DNA of 64,000 nucleotides, taken from assembly GCA_963730185.1 (NCBI GenBank), contig CAVSQW010000015.1, positions 224,001-288,000 on the forward strand, written 5' to 3'. The stretch comes from an uncultured Gemmatimonadales bacterium (lineage in GTDB: Bacteria > Gemmatimonadota > Gemmatimonadetes > Gemmatimonadales > GWC2-71-9). This document shows positions 40,920-51,266 of the stretch, piece by piece. The position numbers were made by a program, and so were the translations under genes. Numbering within the stretch: position 1 is the first letter of the stretch; every line of letters starts with the position of its first letter. The notes below the pieces were generated by a model. The model worked only from the letters and a program-made list of their open reading frames with translations. It ran no database searches and was not told the DNA's origin.

Positions 40920-42962
40920 ATGCCTCATATCCGCCGGTTCGGCCTCGTCGGGCTGCTTCTGACCGCCGCCGCCTGCACCGGAACGCCGATCGTGCCGCGT
41001 CCGGAGCCCGAGCCGGCCGTCCTGGCACCGAAAAACCCGAGCCAACCGCCGCCGGCGGTGTCGGACCCTGATCCCTGGCCTCGGGTGCGGGGGCCCGCCC
41101 GCCCCGAGCCGTTGCCGCCGGTGCCCTCCGTTGCCGGACCGCTGGCGATTCACGTGGTCTACCCCGGACCTACGGATGTCGTGACGGTGGAAGATTCGAG
41201 CTTTCTGCTCGGCTCGGTCGGCGACGGGCGGGCCGCGCTCGCCGTCAACGGCGTCCCGGTGCCGGTCGCGCCTAACGGGGCTTTCCTCGCCTGGGTCCGG
41301 TATCCCGACCGCTCGCCCGCGCCGTTTCGTCTGGTCGCCACCCTCGGGGCCGATTCGGCCGTCGGGGAGGTTCTGGTCCGGCGGGCCCCCCGCTACCGCC
41401 CCTCGCCTGGGGCGTCGGTCTGGGTCGATACCACCAGCTTCGCGCCCCGGGGGCGGGTCTGGTGGCCGCCGGACGAGCCCCTCGCCCTGACCGTGCGGGC
41501 GGCGGCCGGGCTCCGCGTCACCCTCCTCCTGCCGGGAGGCCACCGGGTGGAATTTGCGGAGGACAGCGCCGCGCCCGACGTGCCGGAGGCGATCCGTGCC
41601 TTCGATCGGGAGCCGGACCGTCTGCACCGGCCGGCCCCGGGCCGGATCTACCGGGCTCAGGTCAGGAACCTCACCGTCGGCGAGCGATTGCCCGACGTGC
41701 TGGCCGACCCTCCCGCGCCCGGCGCCCGGCGAGGTCGGCGGGGCGGGCCCCGCGCCCGCTGGGCCATCCTTCGGGCGGTCGGCGGTCGCGACACCCTCCT
41801 GACCCGGTGGCCCCTGTCGCTCGCGCCGCTCGACCCGCTGGCCGTCGCCGCCCGGCTCGACGACGACCCGGAACGCACCGGCGCCACCGACTCGATCACG
41901 GTCGGGCGGGCCCATCCGGGCGCCACCTATCACTGGTTCTTTCCCACCGGGACGGTCTCCCGGGTTACGGGCCGGATTGAGGACGATCTCCGCCTCGGTC
42001 TCGCCGCGAACCAGACCGCCTGGGTGGCCGCCGGCGAGGCCCAGGCCGAACCCGGCGCGGTGGCCGCCCGCCCGGCCGACGTCGGGTCGATCACCCTGAT
42101 CCCGGACTCCGATCGGACGGTGGCCCGGATCCCGGTGTCGCGGCGGGTGCCCTACCAGCTGACCGAGACCGACCACCGCCTGACGCTCACCCTCTACGAC
42201 GCCTCGGCCGACGTGAACTGGCTCCGCTACGGGCCCGGTGACGGGCTCGTCCGGCGGGTGGACTGGCGCCAGGTCGCCGCCGATCGGGTCGACCTCGCCT
42301 TCACGCTCGATCGGCCGGTGTGGGGCTACCGGGCCCGCTGGGACGGCCGCGATCTGCTGCTCGAGATTCGTCGCCCGCCCCAGGTCGATCCGGCGGCTCC
42401 GCTCGCCGGGCGGTTGATCGTCGTCGATCCGGGCCACCCGCCGACCGGCGCGACCGGCCCGACCGGCCTGACCGAGGCCGAGGCCAATCTCGGCATCGCT
42501 CGCGAGCTCCGCCGCCTGCTGATCGACGCCGGCGCTCGGGTCATCCTGACCCGGGACGGACCCGAGCCGGTCGACCTGGCCGCCCGGCCGCGCCTGGCCG
42601 ACCAGGTCGGCGCGGACGTCCTGGTCTCGATTCACAACAACGCGCTCCCCGATGGAGTGAATCCGGCCGGCAACGTCGGGTCCAGCGTCTTCTACTTCCA
42701 GCCGCGAAGCCTGCCGCTCGCCCGGGCGATCCAGAACGGTCTGGCCCGCCGGCTGGCGGTCCCGGTGCTGGGCGTGGCCCGCGGCGATCTGGCGCTGGCC
42801 CGGCCCACCTGGATGCCGGCGGTGCTGGTGGAAGGCCTCTTCATGATCGTGCCCCAGCAGGAAGCGGCCCTTCGCACCGAGGAGGTCCGGCGCCGCTACG
42901 CCGAGGCGGTGGCCGAGGGGCTGGCCGATTTTCTGGCCACCCGGGGGCGCGCCGATCGCTAG
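40920..42962 (+). CDS. N-acetylmuramoyl-L-alanine amidase (Amidase_3) lipoprotein
   Basis: AAAC lipobox; VDPGH, TEAEANL, VSIHNNA, AVLVE. Confidence 0.9.
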   Translation: MPHIRRFGLVGLLLTAAACTGTPIVPRPEPEPAVLAPKNPSQPPPAVSDPDPWPRVRGPARPEPLPPVPSVAGPLAIHVVYPGPTDVVTVEDSSFLLGSVGDGRAALAVNGVPVPVAPNGAFLAWVRYPDRSPAPFRLVATLGADSAVGEVLVRRAPRYRPSPGASVWVDTTSFAPRGRVWWPPDEPLALTVRAAAGLRVTLLLPGGHRVEFAEDSAAPDVPEAIRAFDREPDRLHRPAPGRIYRAQVRNLTVGERLPDVLADPPAPGARRGRRGGPRARWAILRAVGGRDTLLTRWPLSLAPLDPLAVAARLDDDPERTGATDSITVGRAHPGATYHWFFPTGTVSRVTGRIEDDLRLGLAANQTAWVAAGEAQAEPGAVAARPADVGSITLIPDSDRTVARIPVSRRVPYQLTETDHRLTLTLYDASADVNWLRYGPGDGLVRRVDWRQVAADRVDLAFTLDRPVWGYRARWDGRDLLLEIRRPPQVDPAAPLAGRLIVVDPGHPPTGATGPTGLTEAEANLGIARELRRLLIDAGARVILTRDGPEPVDLAARPRLADQVGADVLVSIHNNALPDGVNPAGNVGSSVFYFQPRSLPLARAIQNGLARRLAVPVLGVARGDLALARPTWMPAVLVEGLFMIVPQQEAALRTEEVRRRYAEAVAEGLADFLATRGRADR

Positions 42963-43003
42963 CTCGGTGTGCCTGCTGGCGGGGATCGGACGTCTATATC
43001 CAC

Positions 43004-45154
43004 GTGATCAACCTCACAACTCGAGTGGCTGGACGCTCGCTTCGGATCGCCCTCGGTGGGCTGACCGCGATGGTGGCATTGCCGCCGGCGCGGGGAGCGG
43101 CCCAGACCGTCGACGATCGTCTGGCCGTCGAGGCGTTCCGCGACTCGATCGCCAGCGCGCCCGACACCGCCGAGCTCCGGGGCCTCGAGTCCCGCCTGAT
43201 GCTGGCCGCCAAGCGTGACCGCGCCAATCCGCGGGTCCACCTCTCGCTCGGCTACCTCGCCCTCCAGCTGGGCAATCCGACCGACGCGGTCGCCGAGTTC
43301 AAGTGGGCCACCGAGCTGGCGCCGAAATGGCCGCTCGCGTGGTTCGCCTTGGGCCAGGCCGAGCTGCGTCTGGGCGACGAGGTGACCAGCGCGGCCACCC
43401 CCCGCCAGCTCCTGGTGGCCCGCGACGCCTGGCCCCGGGCGGCCAGCGCCTTCGCCCGGGCCGCCCTGGTCGACACCGGCTACGTCACGGTCGCCATCGG
43501 CGAAGCGAGGCGGGCGCTCCGCGAGGGCCGCCCCGGCTGGGCCGGCGTCCTTCGCGACGGATTGCAGGAGGCCGCCGCCGGCCGAAACGCCCGCTCGGTG
43601 ACGCTGGTCCTGGGCCTCGGCCGGATCCGTCGCCTGGTGGGCGACACCGCCGGCGCGCTCGCCGCGTTCGAGTCGCTGACCTCGCTCAAGGACGGGCGCG
43701 GCCTCGGCCTCCTGGAGCTGGCTCGCACCCGGCTCGCGGCTGGCGACGACCGCGGAATCGAGACCTACTTCGCGGCCGCCGACGAGAACGACTCCGCCAC
43801 CGTCGCCGCCATTCGGCGCGATCTGGCCTGGATCGCCTCGCCCGACGAACTGGCCGCCTACGACGCGAGCCGCGGATCTGGCCGGGCGCAGATGCTCTGG
43901 GATTTCTGGACCGGCCGGGATCGGGACGACCTCCGCCGGAACGGGGCCCGCCTGGCCGAGCACTACCGGCGGCTCGCGGTGCGAGTCGATCGGTATCCGG
44001 ACCCCCGAGACGAGCGGGGCAAGGTGTTCGTCCGCCAGGGCGACCCGGACACCCGGGCCACGCTCCGCGCGCCCGACCTGCCGCCCAACGAGTCCTGGTG
44101 GTACCGCCGACCCGAGGGCGACTTCGTGGTCCATTTCGTCGCCCGCCAGGATAGCACCGAATTTACCCTGATCGAGAGCCTCTTCGATCTGCTGGGCGGT
44201 GGTCTGAGCGGGTCGGTCTCCGGCGCCGGTGACGAGGCCGGGCCCCCCGCGGCGGTCGACGCCGATCGGTTGTTGCGCTCGCGCGCGGCTCTGTCGCCCT
44301 TCTACGAAGCGGCCGTGGCCGGCCGGCGGGAGCAGCTGGTCGAGTTCCGGACCCGGGAACGGCGGCTCGGCCGGGAAGGGATGCGCCTGGCGCTCACCAC
44401 CGATCGGTACCCGCTCCGCTTCGACCGCGACCTGGCGGCCCGGGTCCGGATCGCCTCCACCTACGAGCCGGGGGCGGCCTCCGAGGTCAGGGTCTTCTTC
44501 GCGGTGCCCGGCTTCGCGATTGCCGATTCGGACAGCGCTCGGGCCGAATACCCGATCCGGGTGCGGATCGACGCCCGCGATACCGTGGCCGACGTCGACC
44601 GGGCGCTCGATACGACCGTCACGGTCCGTCATCCGGGTCCGCTCGGGCAGGACGATGTCCTGGCCGGTTCCGTGGCCCTGCCCCTCCCCCCCGGCACCTA
44701 CGACGTCAGGACCGCGCTCGGCTATCGCGACTTGGCCGGGACGCTCCAGTCGCGGTCGGCGGTCGACCTCCCCGGCCGAGAGGCCGGCGTGCTCGCCTTC
44801 TACGATCTCCTGGTGGCCGGTGACGACCCCGACGCCGCCTTCGTCCGGAGCGACACCCTGGTGCTGTATTCGTCTCTGGCCGGGCTCCGGTCGTCCGGCC
44901 ACGGGCGAGCGCGGGTTCTGGTGCGGCCGGTCACCGGACCCGACGAGAAGAAACCTGATTGGAAGGGCTTTCCAGGGTGGTCGGGCTGGATGGACCTGAC
45001 CTTGGAGCCGGACGAGGCCGGAGTGACGCCGGTGCGGCTCGAGCTGCCGCTCCGGCGCTTGGATCGAGGGGCCTGGGACCTGGAGCTGGTGGTGGTCGAC
45101 GGCGCGGGGCGGACGGCCAGGCGGCGGGCGCGGGTGGTGGTGGAGGACCGATAG
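43004..45154 (+). CDS. GWxTD-domain-like exported protein with TPR-like N-terminus (start uncertain)
   Basis: FWTGRD...EHYRR...DERGKVFVRQGDPD...ESWWY. Confidence 0.72.
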   Translation: MINLTTRVAGRSLRIALGGLTAMVALPPARGAAQTVDDRLAVEAFRDSIASAPDTAELRGLESRLMLAAKRDRANPRVHLSLGYLALQLGNPTDAVAEFKWATELAPKWPLAWFALGQAELRLGDEVTSAATPRQLLVARDAWPRAASAFARAALVDTGYVTVAIGEARRALREGRPGWAGVLRDGLQEAAAGRNARSVTLVLGLGRIRRLVGDTAGALAAFESLTSLKDGRGLGLLELARTRLAAGDDRGIETYFAAADENDSATVAAIRRDLAWIASPDELAAYDASRGSGRAQMLWDFWTGRDRDDLRRNGARLAEHYRRLAVRVDRYPDPRDERGKVFVRQGDPDTRATLRAPDLPPNESWWYRRPEGDFVVHFVARQDSTEFTLIESLFDLLGGGLSGSVSGAGDEAGPPAAVDADRLLRSRAALSPFYEAAVAGRREQLVEFRTRERRLGREGMRLALTTDRYPLRFDRDLAARVRIASTYEPGAASEVRVFFAVPGFAIADSDSARAEYPIRVRIDARDTVADVDRALDTTVTVRHPGPLGQDDVLAGSVALPLPPGTYDVRTALGYRDLAGTLQSRSAVDLPGREAGVLAFYDLLVAGDDPDAAFVRSDTLVLYSSLAGLRSSGHGRARVLVRPVTGPDEKKPDWKGFPGWSGWMDLTLEPDEAGVTPVRLELPLRRLDRGAWDLELVVVDGAGRTARRRARVVVEDR

Positions 45155-45246
45155 CGGGCGGTCGTGGGACACCGTCGTGGGGTAACTGAAACGCTTTTGT
45201 GATGTGCAAACCGGTTGCTCCCGTCGTTACTTGAGTTTGCGCCGTA

Positions 45247-45275
45247 TTGTCTCCCATCCTCGAACCTTCTAGCTT
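45247..45275 (+). promoter_or_regulatory. Putative sigma70 promoter for nrdJ
   Basis: TTGTCT-N17-TAGCTT (same -10 as the trpS candidate). Confidence 0.45.
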
Positions 45276-45412
45276 GCACCTCCCGCCGCCGAACACGGTG
45301 TTCGGTTCGGGGATGTGACGAACCCGAGGCTCCCCGCCGACGGCTCGTCGCAGTTGGCGAGATCAGTCGTTCTAATTTTCACAACCTGCACGCCGTCGAA
45401 GGGTGTCCTCCC

Positions 45413-47994
45413 ATGGGTTCTGCCGCGCCACGGGTTCCGCTGCAACTGTCGCCGAACGCGATCACCGTCCTCGAAAAGCGCTATTTGGTTCGAGACGAAG
45501 CCGGGAAGCCGACGGAGCAGGCGGAAGACCTGTTCTGGCGCGTGGCCCGCACGATCGCGGCGGCCGACCGGGGCTACGGCGCTTCCGAGGGCGCGGTCGA
45601 GACCCTGGCCGAGGCCTTCTTCGAGCTGATGGCTAAGCGGCTCTTCATGCCCAACTCCCCGACCCTGATGAACGCGGGTCGGCCCCTCGGCCAGCTCTCG
45701 GCCTGCTTCGTCCTTCCGGTCGACGATGCCCTGTCCAACGGCCGGAGCGGGATCTACGACACCCTCACCGCCATGGCCTTGGTCCATCAATCGGGCGGGG
45801 GCACCGGCTTCAGCTTCTCCAAGCTCCGGCCCAAGAACGACATCGTCCGCTCGACCATGGGAGTGGCGTCGGGGCCGGTCAGCTTCATGTCGCTCTTCGA
45901 CGCCTCCACCGACGTCGTCAAGCAGGGCGGCACCCGCCGCGGCGCCAACATGGGGATCCTTCGGGTCGACCATCCCGACATTCTCGACTTCATCGGCTGC
46001 AAGGACGACACCACCAAGGTCACCAATTTCAACATCTCGGTGGCGGTGACCGATGCGTTCATGCGGGCGGTCGAGCACGACGAGGAGTACGAGGTCTTCC
46101 ATCCGAACTCCGGCGAGCCGGTTGGCCGGCTCCGCGCCCGCGAGGTCTGGCAGAGGATCATCCATGGTGCCTGGAAGACGGGCGAGCCGGGCGTGTTCTT
46201 CATCGACCGGGCCAACTACTTCAATCCGGTGCCGCACCTCGGCACCTACGAGGCCACCAACCCGTGCGGGGAGCAACCGCTCCTTCCGTACGACGTCTGC
46301 AACCTCGGCTCGATCAACCTCGGCGCCTTCGTCAAGGACGGCGATCTCGACTGGGCCCAGCTCCGGCGGGTGGTGCACCTCACCACCCACTTCCTGGAGA
46401 ACGTGATCGACGCCAATCACTATCCGCTGGCCGAGATCACCGCGCTGGCTCAGAAGATCCGGCGGATCGGTCTCGGCGTCATGGGCCTGGCCGACGTCTT
46501 CGTCCGCCTGGGCATCGCCTACGACTCCGTCGAGGCGGTGGAGCTGGGACGGAAGATCCAGCGTTTCATCGACCACGAGGCGAAGGTCGAGTCCGAGCGG
46601 CTGGCCGGCGTCCGCGGCGCGTTCCCGGAATGGGAGCGGAGCATCTGGGGACCGGACACCACCTGCGCCCGCGATCAGGACGGCAAGCGGGTCCGCCCGA
46701 TGCGCCGGCTCCGGAACTGCAACGTCACCACCGTCGCGCCCGACCGGAACCATCTCGATCATCGCCGGGTGCAGCTCCGGGATCGAGCCGGTCTTCGCGG
46801 TGGCGTTCATGCGGAATCAGGCCGGCGTGCTGATGCCCGACGTCAACGAAGACTTCGTGGCCATCGCCAAGCGGGAAGGCTGGTACTCCGAGGACCTGAT
46901 GCGCCGGGTGGCCGAGAGCGGCCATGCCCGCCATCCCGAGGTGCCCGAGAAGTGGCAGCGGGTGTTCGTGACCGCCAACGAGATCGCGGCGGAATGGCAC
47001 GTCCGGATGCAGGCCGCGTTCCAGGAGTACAACGACAGCGCCATCTCCAAGACGGTCAATTTCGCGAACACCGCGACCGAAGACGACGTCGAGAAGATCT
47101 ACCGGATCGCGTACGAGCTCGGCTGCAAGGGCGTGACCGTCTACCGTGACGGCAGCCGCGACATGCAGGTGCTCTCCGCCGGCTCCACCGCCAAGAAGGT
47201 GCAGGCGGCGGCCACCAAGTCCGGGAAGGCCGCAGGCCCGCGGAGACCTGGCGTCGGTCATGGTCACCGCCGAACAGCCCGCCGCCACCGCCGCTCAGAT
47301 CCTCGGTGCCCGGCCCGAGCCCCGCGAAGAGAGCGCGGACCTCCACGGCGAGATCGCCGAGCTCCGGGCCGAGAACGACCGGCTCCGGAAGCTGGTGCAC
47401 GATCTCGAGTCCGAAAACCTCCAGCGCCGGCAGAAGCGCTCCCGGCCCGAGCTCCTCAAGGGCTCGACCCGCCGGGTCGAGACGCCCCTCGGCTCCCTCT
47501 ACATCACCATCACCGAGGACGATCTCGGCCAGCCCTTCGAGGTGTTCATGAGCCTCGGGAAGGCCGGCGGCGCCCTGATGGCCGACGTCGAAGCCATCGG
47601 CCGGCTCATCTCGCTGAGTCTCCGCTCGGGCATCCCCATCAAGGAGATCTACCGGCAGATCCGCGGCATCAGCTCCGACCGCGCCATCGGCCTCGGCCCG
47701 GGCAAGGTGCTCTCGGTGCCGGACGCCGTGGGCATCGCGCTCGAGCGCTGGATGCAGGAGAAGCAGGGCATCCAGCAGGAGTTGCTCCCGGGCGCTCCCG
47801 GCCTGGCCGGGGCGACGCCCGACGTCTCCGAGGTGCCGACCCCGGTCCGGGCCGTCGTCGACGAGGCACAGCAGATGATGCTCGGCGGGATGCAGCAGAC
47901 CCTGGCCGGCTCCTGCCCCGACTGCGACTCGCAGCTCGAGTACGCCGAGGGGTGCGCCAAGTGCCACGTCTGCGGCTACAGCGAATGCGGATGA
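45413..47994 (+). CDS. nrdJ: Class II (B12-dependent) ribonucleotide reductase (apparent indels near 46741 and 47235)
   Basis: PNSPTLMNAG, SACFV, TNPCGEQ, CNLGSIN, APTGTIS (split by indel), ISKTVN, YRDGSR, C-terminal CPDC..C..CGYSEC. Confidence 0.94.
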
Positions 47995-48161
47995 GCTAAG
48001 GGCCCCGAGCCGAGCGATCGGCCTCGAACGACCCTCGACCGCCCGCGGACACGACATCCGCGGGCGGTTTGCTTTCCAGAAGGCCCAGGGTTTTTCCCAG
48101 CTTGTTCTCGCCGCGACGGGGCCCGAGCTTTCCCTGGTCTTCTCTTTACGGAACGGTCCCT

Positions 48162-49940
48162 ATGGGTGTCTCCTCTTCCCGGGACGGGTTCACCGTCACC
48201 GCCCACCCTGGCCAGCGCTCCGTCCTCCTCGCGTTCGACCTCGACCAGGCCCAGCCGGCGCTCCGGATCGGTCTGGCCGGGTTCGCGATCCGCTGCCGGG
48301 TGGAGGGCGCCCAACCCACCGAGTTCTGGCTCCAGAACCTGCTGGCCTTCGACCTCCCGCCCAAACTGGACGGCACCTACCAGCAGCGATTCACCGATTC
48401 GAACCGGGCGCCGTTCCAGCTCTTCCACTGGAGTCACTTCCCATGGGAGAGTGAAGGCCGGTTCACCTATACCGTCAGCCCGATCTACTTCGTCGCGGGC
48501 AAGGCCCCGACGGCCGCCGGCGGGCTCCGGGCCGACGCCGCCCACGCGGTCTCGGTCACGGTGGAGGTGGAGCGGCGGCCTCACCCGGCGATGGAGGTGG
48601 CGTTCACCCGCGGCATCATGGCCTCGCAGGCCTTCGTCAGGAAGTTCGCCGATCCGTCCCTGCGCCCGGCCGAGCGCGCCGACTATCCCGATTACCCGCT
48701 CTTCGACGTCCAGCCGTACCTGGCGAAGTACCGCTGGCTGGGCGTTCGGGCTCGGGAGCTCGTCTTCGAGTTCCTGGCCCGGGCGGCCGACCCGACCACC
48801 ACCCTCGACGTCTTCGCCTACGATCTCGACGAGCCCGACGTAATCCGCGCCTTGGAGTCGGTCGGGCCCCGGCTCCGACTGATCGTCGACAACTCGACCA
48901 GCAAAGCCACGGACGGCACCAGGCGGGGGCACGGCGCCACCGACTCCGCCGAGACGCTCGGCGCCGGGCGCTGCAAGGCCGCGGGGGCCAAGGTCAAGCG
49001 ACTGCACTTCGGTCGGCTCCAGCACAACAAGGTCATGGTCCTCCGTCGAGGCGGCGTCCCGATCGCCGCGCTGACCGGGTCGGCCAACTTCTCGATCCGG
49101 GGCCTCTACGCCCAAGCCAACCACGTCATCACTTTCGACGATGCCGCGGTGGCCGGGTGGTACGGTGCCGCGTTCGATCAGGCCTGGACCAAGGCCGGCA
49201 AGTTCCGGTCGTCGGCCATCGCGATCGACTGGATGGGTCTGCCGGTTCCGGTGGCGAGCCTCCCGGAGATCCGGGTCAGCTACGCGCCTCACGTCAAACC
49301 GCCGTTCTCGATCGCCGCGGTAGCCCAGGCACTCCTCCGGGCGACGGACTCGGTGCTCTTCTCGGTGATGGATCCCAAAGGCGGCGGTGACGCGCTCTCG
49401 GTGCTCCGGAAGGACCTGGTGGACCGGGACCGTTTCCTGCTCATGGGCACGACGGAGAATCGTGGTGGCGTGGCGGCTTTCGGCGGGACCCAGACGGACG
49501 ACACGGACATCGTGCCCTTCGACTACCTGAACCGCGACATCCCCGCACCGTTCAACGAGGAGGTTTCCGGGCGAGAGAACGGTGCCGGGCTCCACATCCA
49601 TCACAAGTTCGTGGTGGCTGACTTCAACGGGGCCGATCCGGTGGTGTACTGCGGCTCCTCCAACCTGGCCGAAGGGGGCGAGACCTCCAACGGCGACAAT
49701 CTCATCGAGCTTCGCGACCGCCCGCTCGCCGCCGCGTTCGCGATCGAGGCGATCCAACTCTACGATCACTATCGCTTCCGGGCCCGGTGGCGGGAGGGGG
49801 CGGAGGGTGTCGCCGGTGCCGCGCCTCAGCCGTCGTCGCTGACCCTGGCGACCGACGACGGCTGGGTCGCGCCGAACTACGATCCCGCTCGGATCAAGAG
49901 CCTCCAGCGGGAGCGCTACGTCCTATCGGGGCCCGCCTGA
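48162..49940 (+). CDS. Phospholipase D superfamily protein with two HxK motifs
   Basis: QHNKVMV...TGSANF and HHKFVVAD...GSSN. Confidence 0.85.
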   Translation: MGVSSSRDGFTVTAHPGQRSVLLAFDLDQAQPALRIGLAGFAIRCRVEGAQPTEFWLQNLLAFDLPPKLDGTYQQRFTDSNRAPFQLFHWSHFPWESEGRFTYTVSPIYFVAGKAPTAAGGLRADAAHAVSVTVEVERRPHPAMEVAFTRGIMASQAFVRKFADPSLRPAERADYPDYPLFDVQPYLAKYRWLGVRARELVFEFLARAADPTTTLDVFAYDLDEPDVIRALESVGPRLRLIVDNSTSKATDGTRRGHGATDSAETLGAGRCKAAGAKVKRLHFGRLQHNKVMVLRRGGVPIAALTGSANFSIRGLYAQANHVITFDDAAVAGWYGAAFDQAWTKAGKFRSSAIAIDWMGLPVPVASLPEIRVSYAPHVKPPFSIAAVAQALLRATDSVLFSVMDPKGGGDALSVLRKDLVDRDRFLLMGTTENRGGVAAFGGTQTDDTDIVPFDYLNRDIPAPFNEEVSGRENGAGLHIHHKFVVADFNGADPVVYCGSSNLAEGGETSNGDNLIELRDRPLAAAFAIEAIQLYDHYRFRARWREGAEGVAGAAPQPSSLTLATDDGWVAPNYDPARIKSLQRERYVLSGPA

Positions 49941-50001
49941 GCGCACCAATCGGGTCGGCGGCACCGTTCCTGCACGCCACTCGATGGTTCGGGAGGCCGC
50001 G

Positions 50002-51072
50002 ATGACGAGAGTGGTTCTGTGGTCGATGGCGATCTGCCTGGTGGCCGGGTGCGGGAATGGAGGAACCGCTCCGGATCCCGGCGCCGGTTCCGAGACCCGC
50101 GGCTTCCACCTCGGCTTCTCCGCCGTCCCGCCCCGTCCCGATCAGGCCGCGGTGCTCCAGGGCCTCGATCTTTGGACCCGGCGCGCCGATCTCGCCATCG
50201 TGCATGAAGAGCTGCCCTGGACCGATCTGGTCGCCGGGGTGCCGCCCGACACCATCCTGGCCCGTGAGAAGGATGGGCTGATCGACTACTACCGCGGCAA
50301 GGGTCTCGGCCTGGTGTTCGTCGCCGACGGGACCGACGGCCTGGCCCGCGACCAGGAGGCGCCTCAGCTCCGAGCCCTGGGGCGGAGCATCACCGAGCCG
50401 GCCATCCGCGACCTCTATCGTGCCTACGTCTCGGCTTTCGTCCATCGCTACCATCCGGACTACGTCGGGCTCGCGGCGGAGACCAACCTGACCCGGGCCG
50501 TCGGGTCGACCGCCTTGTACCAGGGCCTGGTGACCGCGGCCAACGCGGCCGCCAGCGATCTGCTCGCCGATCCGGCTCATCCCCCGCTCTTCGTGAGCGT
50601 GCAGGTCGAGGTGGCCTGGGGCAAGCTGGTCGGCTCGAGCGGTTTCGTCGGGGTGGAGCAGGACCTGGTCGACTTCCCCTTCGTCCAGATGCTGGGGCTC
50701 TCGTCCTACCCGTACTTCGCCTGGCCCGCGCCGGCGGATCTGCCCGACGACTACTACGCCCGGCTGGTGGCGGGTCGGAGTCTGCCGGTCATGGTGGTCG
50801 AGGGCGGCTGGGCCAGCAGCTTGCCCGGGACGGGGTTCACGACCGCGACCCAGGCGGCCTACCTCCGGCGCCAGGCCGAGCTCCTCGATCGGGTCAACGG
50901 GTTAGGGCTGATCCAACTCACCTTCACCGACCTCGACCTGACCACCTATCCGGCCGAGGTGCAGGTCTCCCTCGGGCCGTTCGCCCATCTGGGCCTCGTG
51001 GACGCCCAATTCCGGCCCAAGCCCGCCCTCCAAGTCTGGGACAGCCTCTTCGCTCTGCCCCTGTCACGGTAG
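50002..51072 (+). CDS. Lipoprotein with probable glycoside-hydrolase TIM-barrel fold
   Basis: LVAGC lipobox; AAETN, GLSSYPY, VVEGGW, LGLVD...PKPALQVW. Confidence 0.65.
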   Translation: MTRVVLWSMAICLVAGCGNGGTAPDPGAGSETRGFHLGFSAVPPRPDQAAVLQGLDLWTRRADLAIVHEELPWTDLVAGVPPDTILAREKDGLIDYYRGKGLGLVFVADGTDGLARDQEAPQLRALGRSITEPAIRDLYRAYVSAFVHRYHPDYVGLAAETNLTRAVGSTALYQGLVTAANAAASDLLADPAHPPLFVSVQVEVAWGKLVGSSGFVGVEQDLVDFPFVQMLGLSSYPYFAWPAPADLPDDYYARLVAGRSLPVMVVEGGWASSLPGTGFTTATQAAYLRRQAELLDRVNGLGLIQLTFTDLDLTTYPAEVQVSLGPFAHLGLVDAQFRPKPALQVWDSLFALPLSR

Positions 51073-51190
51073 CACTTCGCCAGACGCCGCGCCCGGGGGC
51101 CGGTGCCCGCTCCGGCAGGTTTCGCCGGGATGGTCTCGTATCCCATTGGGGTGCAACCGGTTGCGCACCTGGCTCCGGTCCCGGCCAGGC

Positions 51191-51206
51191 TGGCGCGGAT
51201 TCTGCC
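51191..51206 (+). promoter_or_regulatory. Putative sigma54 promoter for the HEAT/HD-GYP operon
   Basis: TGGCGCGGATTCTGCC (GG-N10-GC); palindrome GCAACCGGTTGC at 51153-51164. Confidence 0.45.
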
Positions 51207-51266
51207 ACCGATAGGGCCGGTTATGCCTATTCCTGGCAGCAGGTTACGATCTCGATCGAGGGTCCG

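Noticed and set aside
45155..45412. Cobalamin riboswitch or NrdR boxes upstream of nrdJ
   Set aside because: No B12-box or convincing NrdR palindrome was recognisable by eye.
46700..46800. Split nrdJ or intein/intron at the frame break
   Set aside because: Removing one base restores the contiguous VAPTGTISIIAGCSSGIEP motif, so there is no inserted element.
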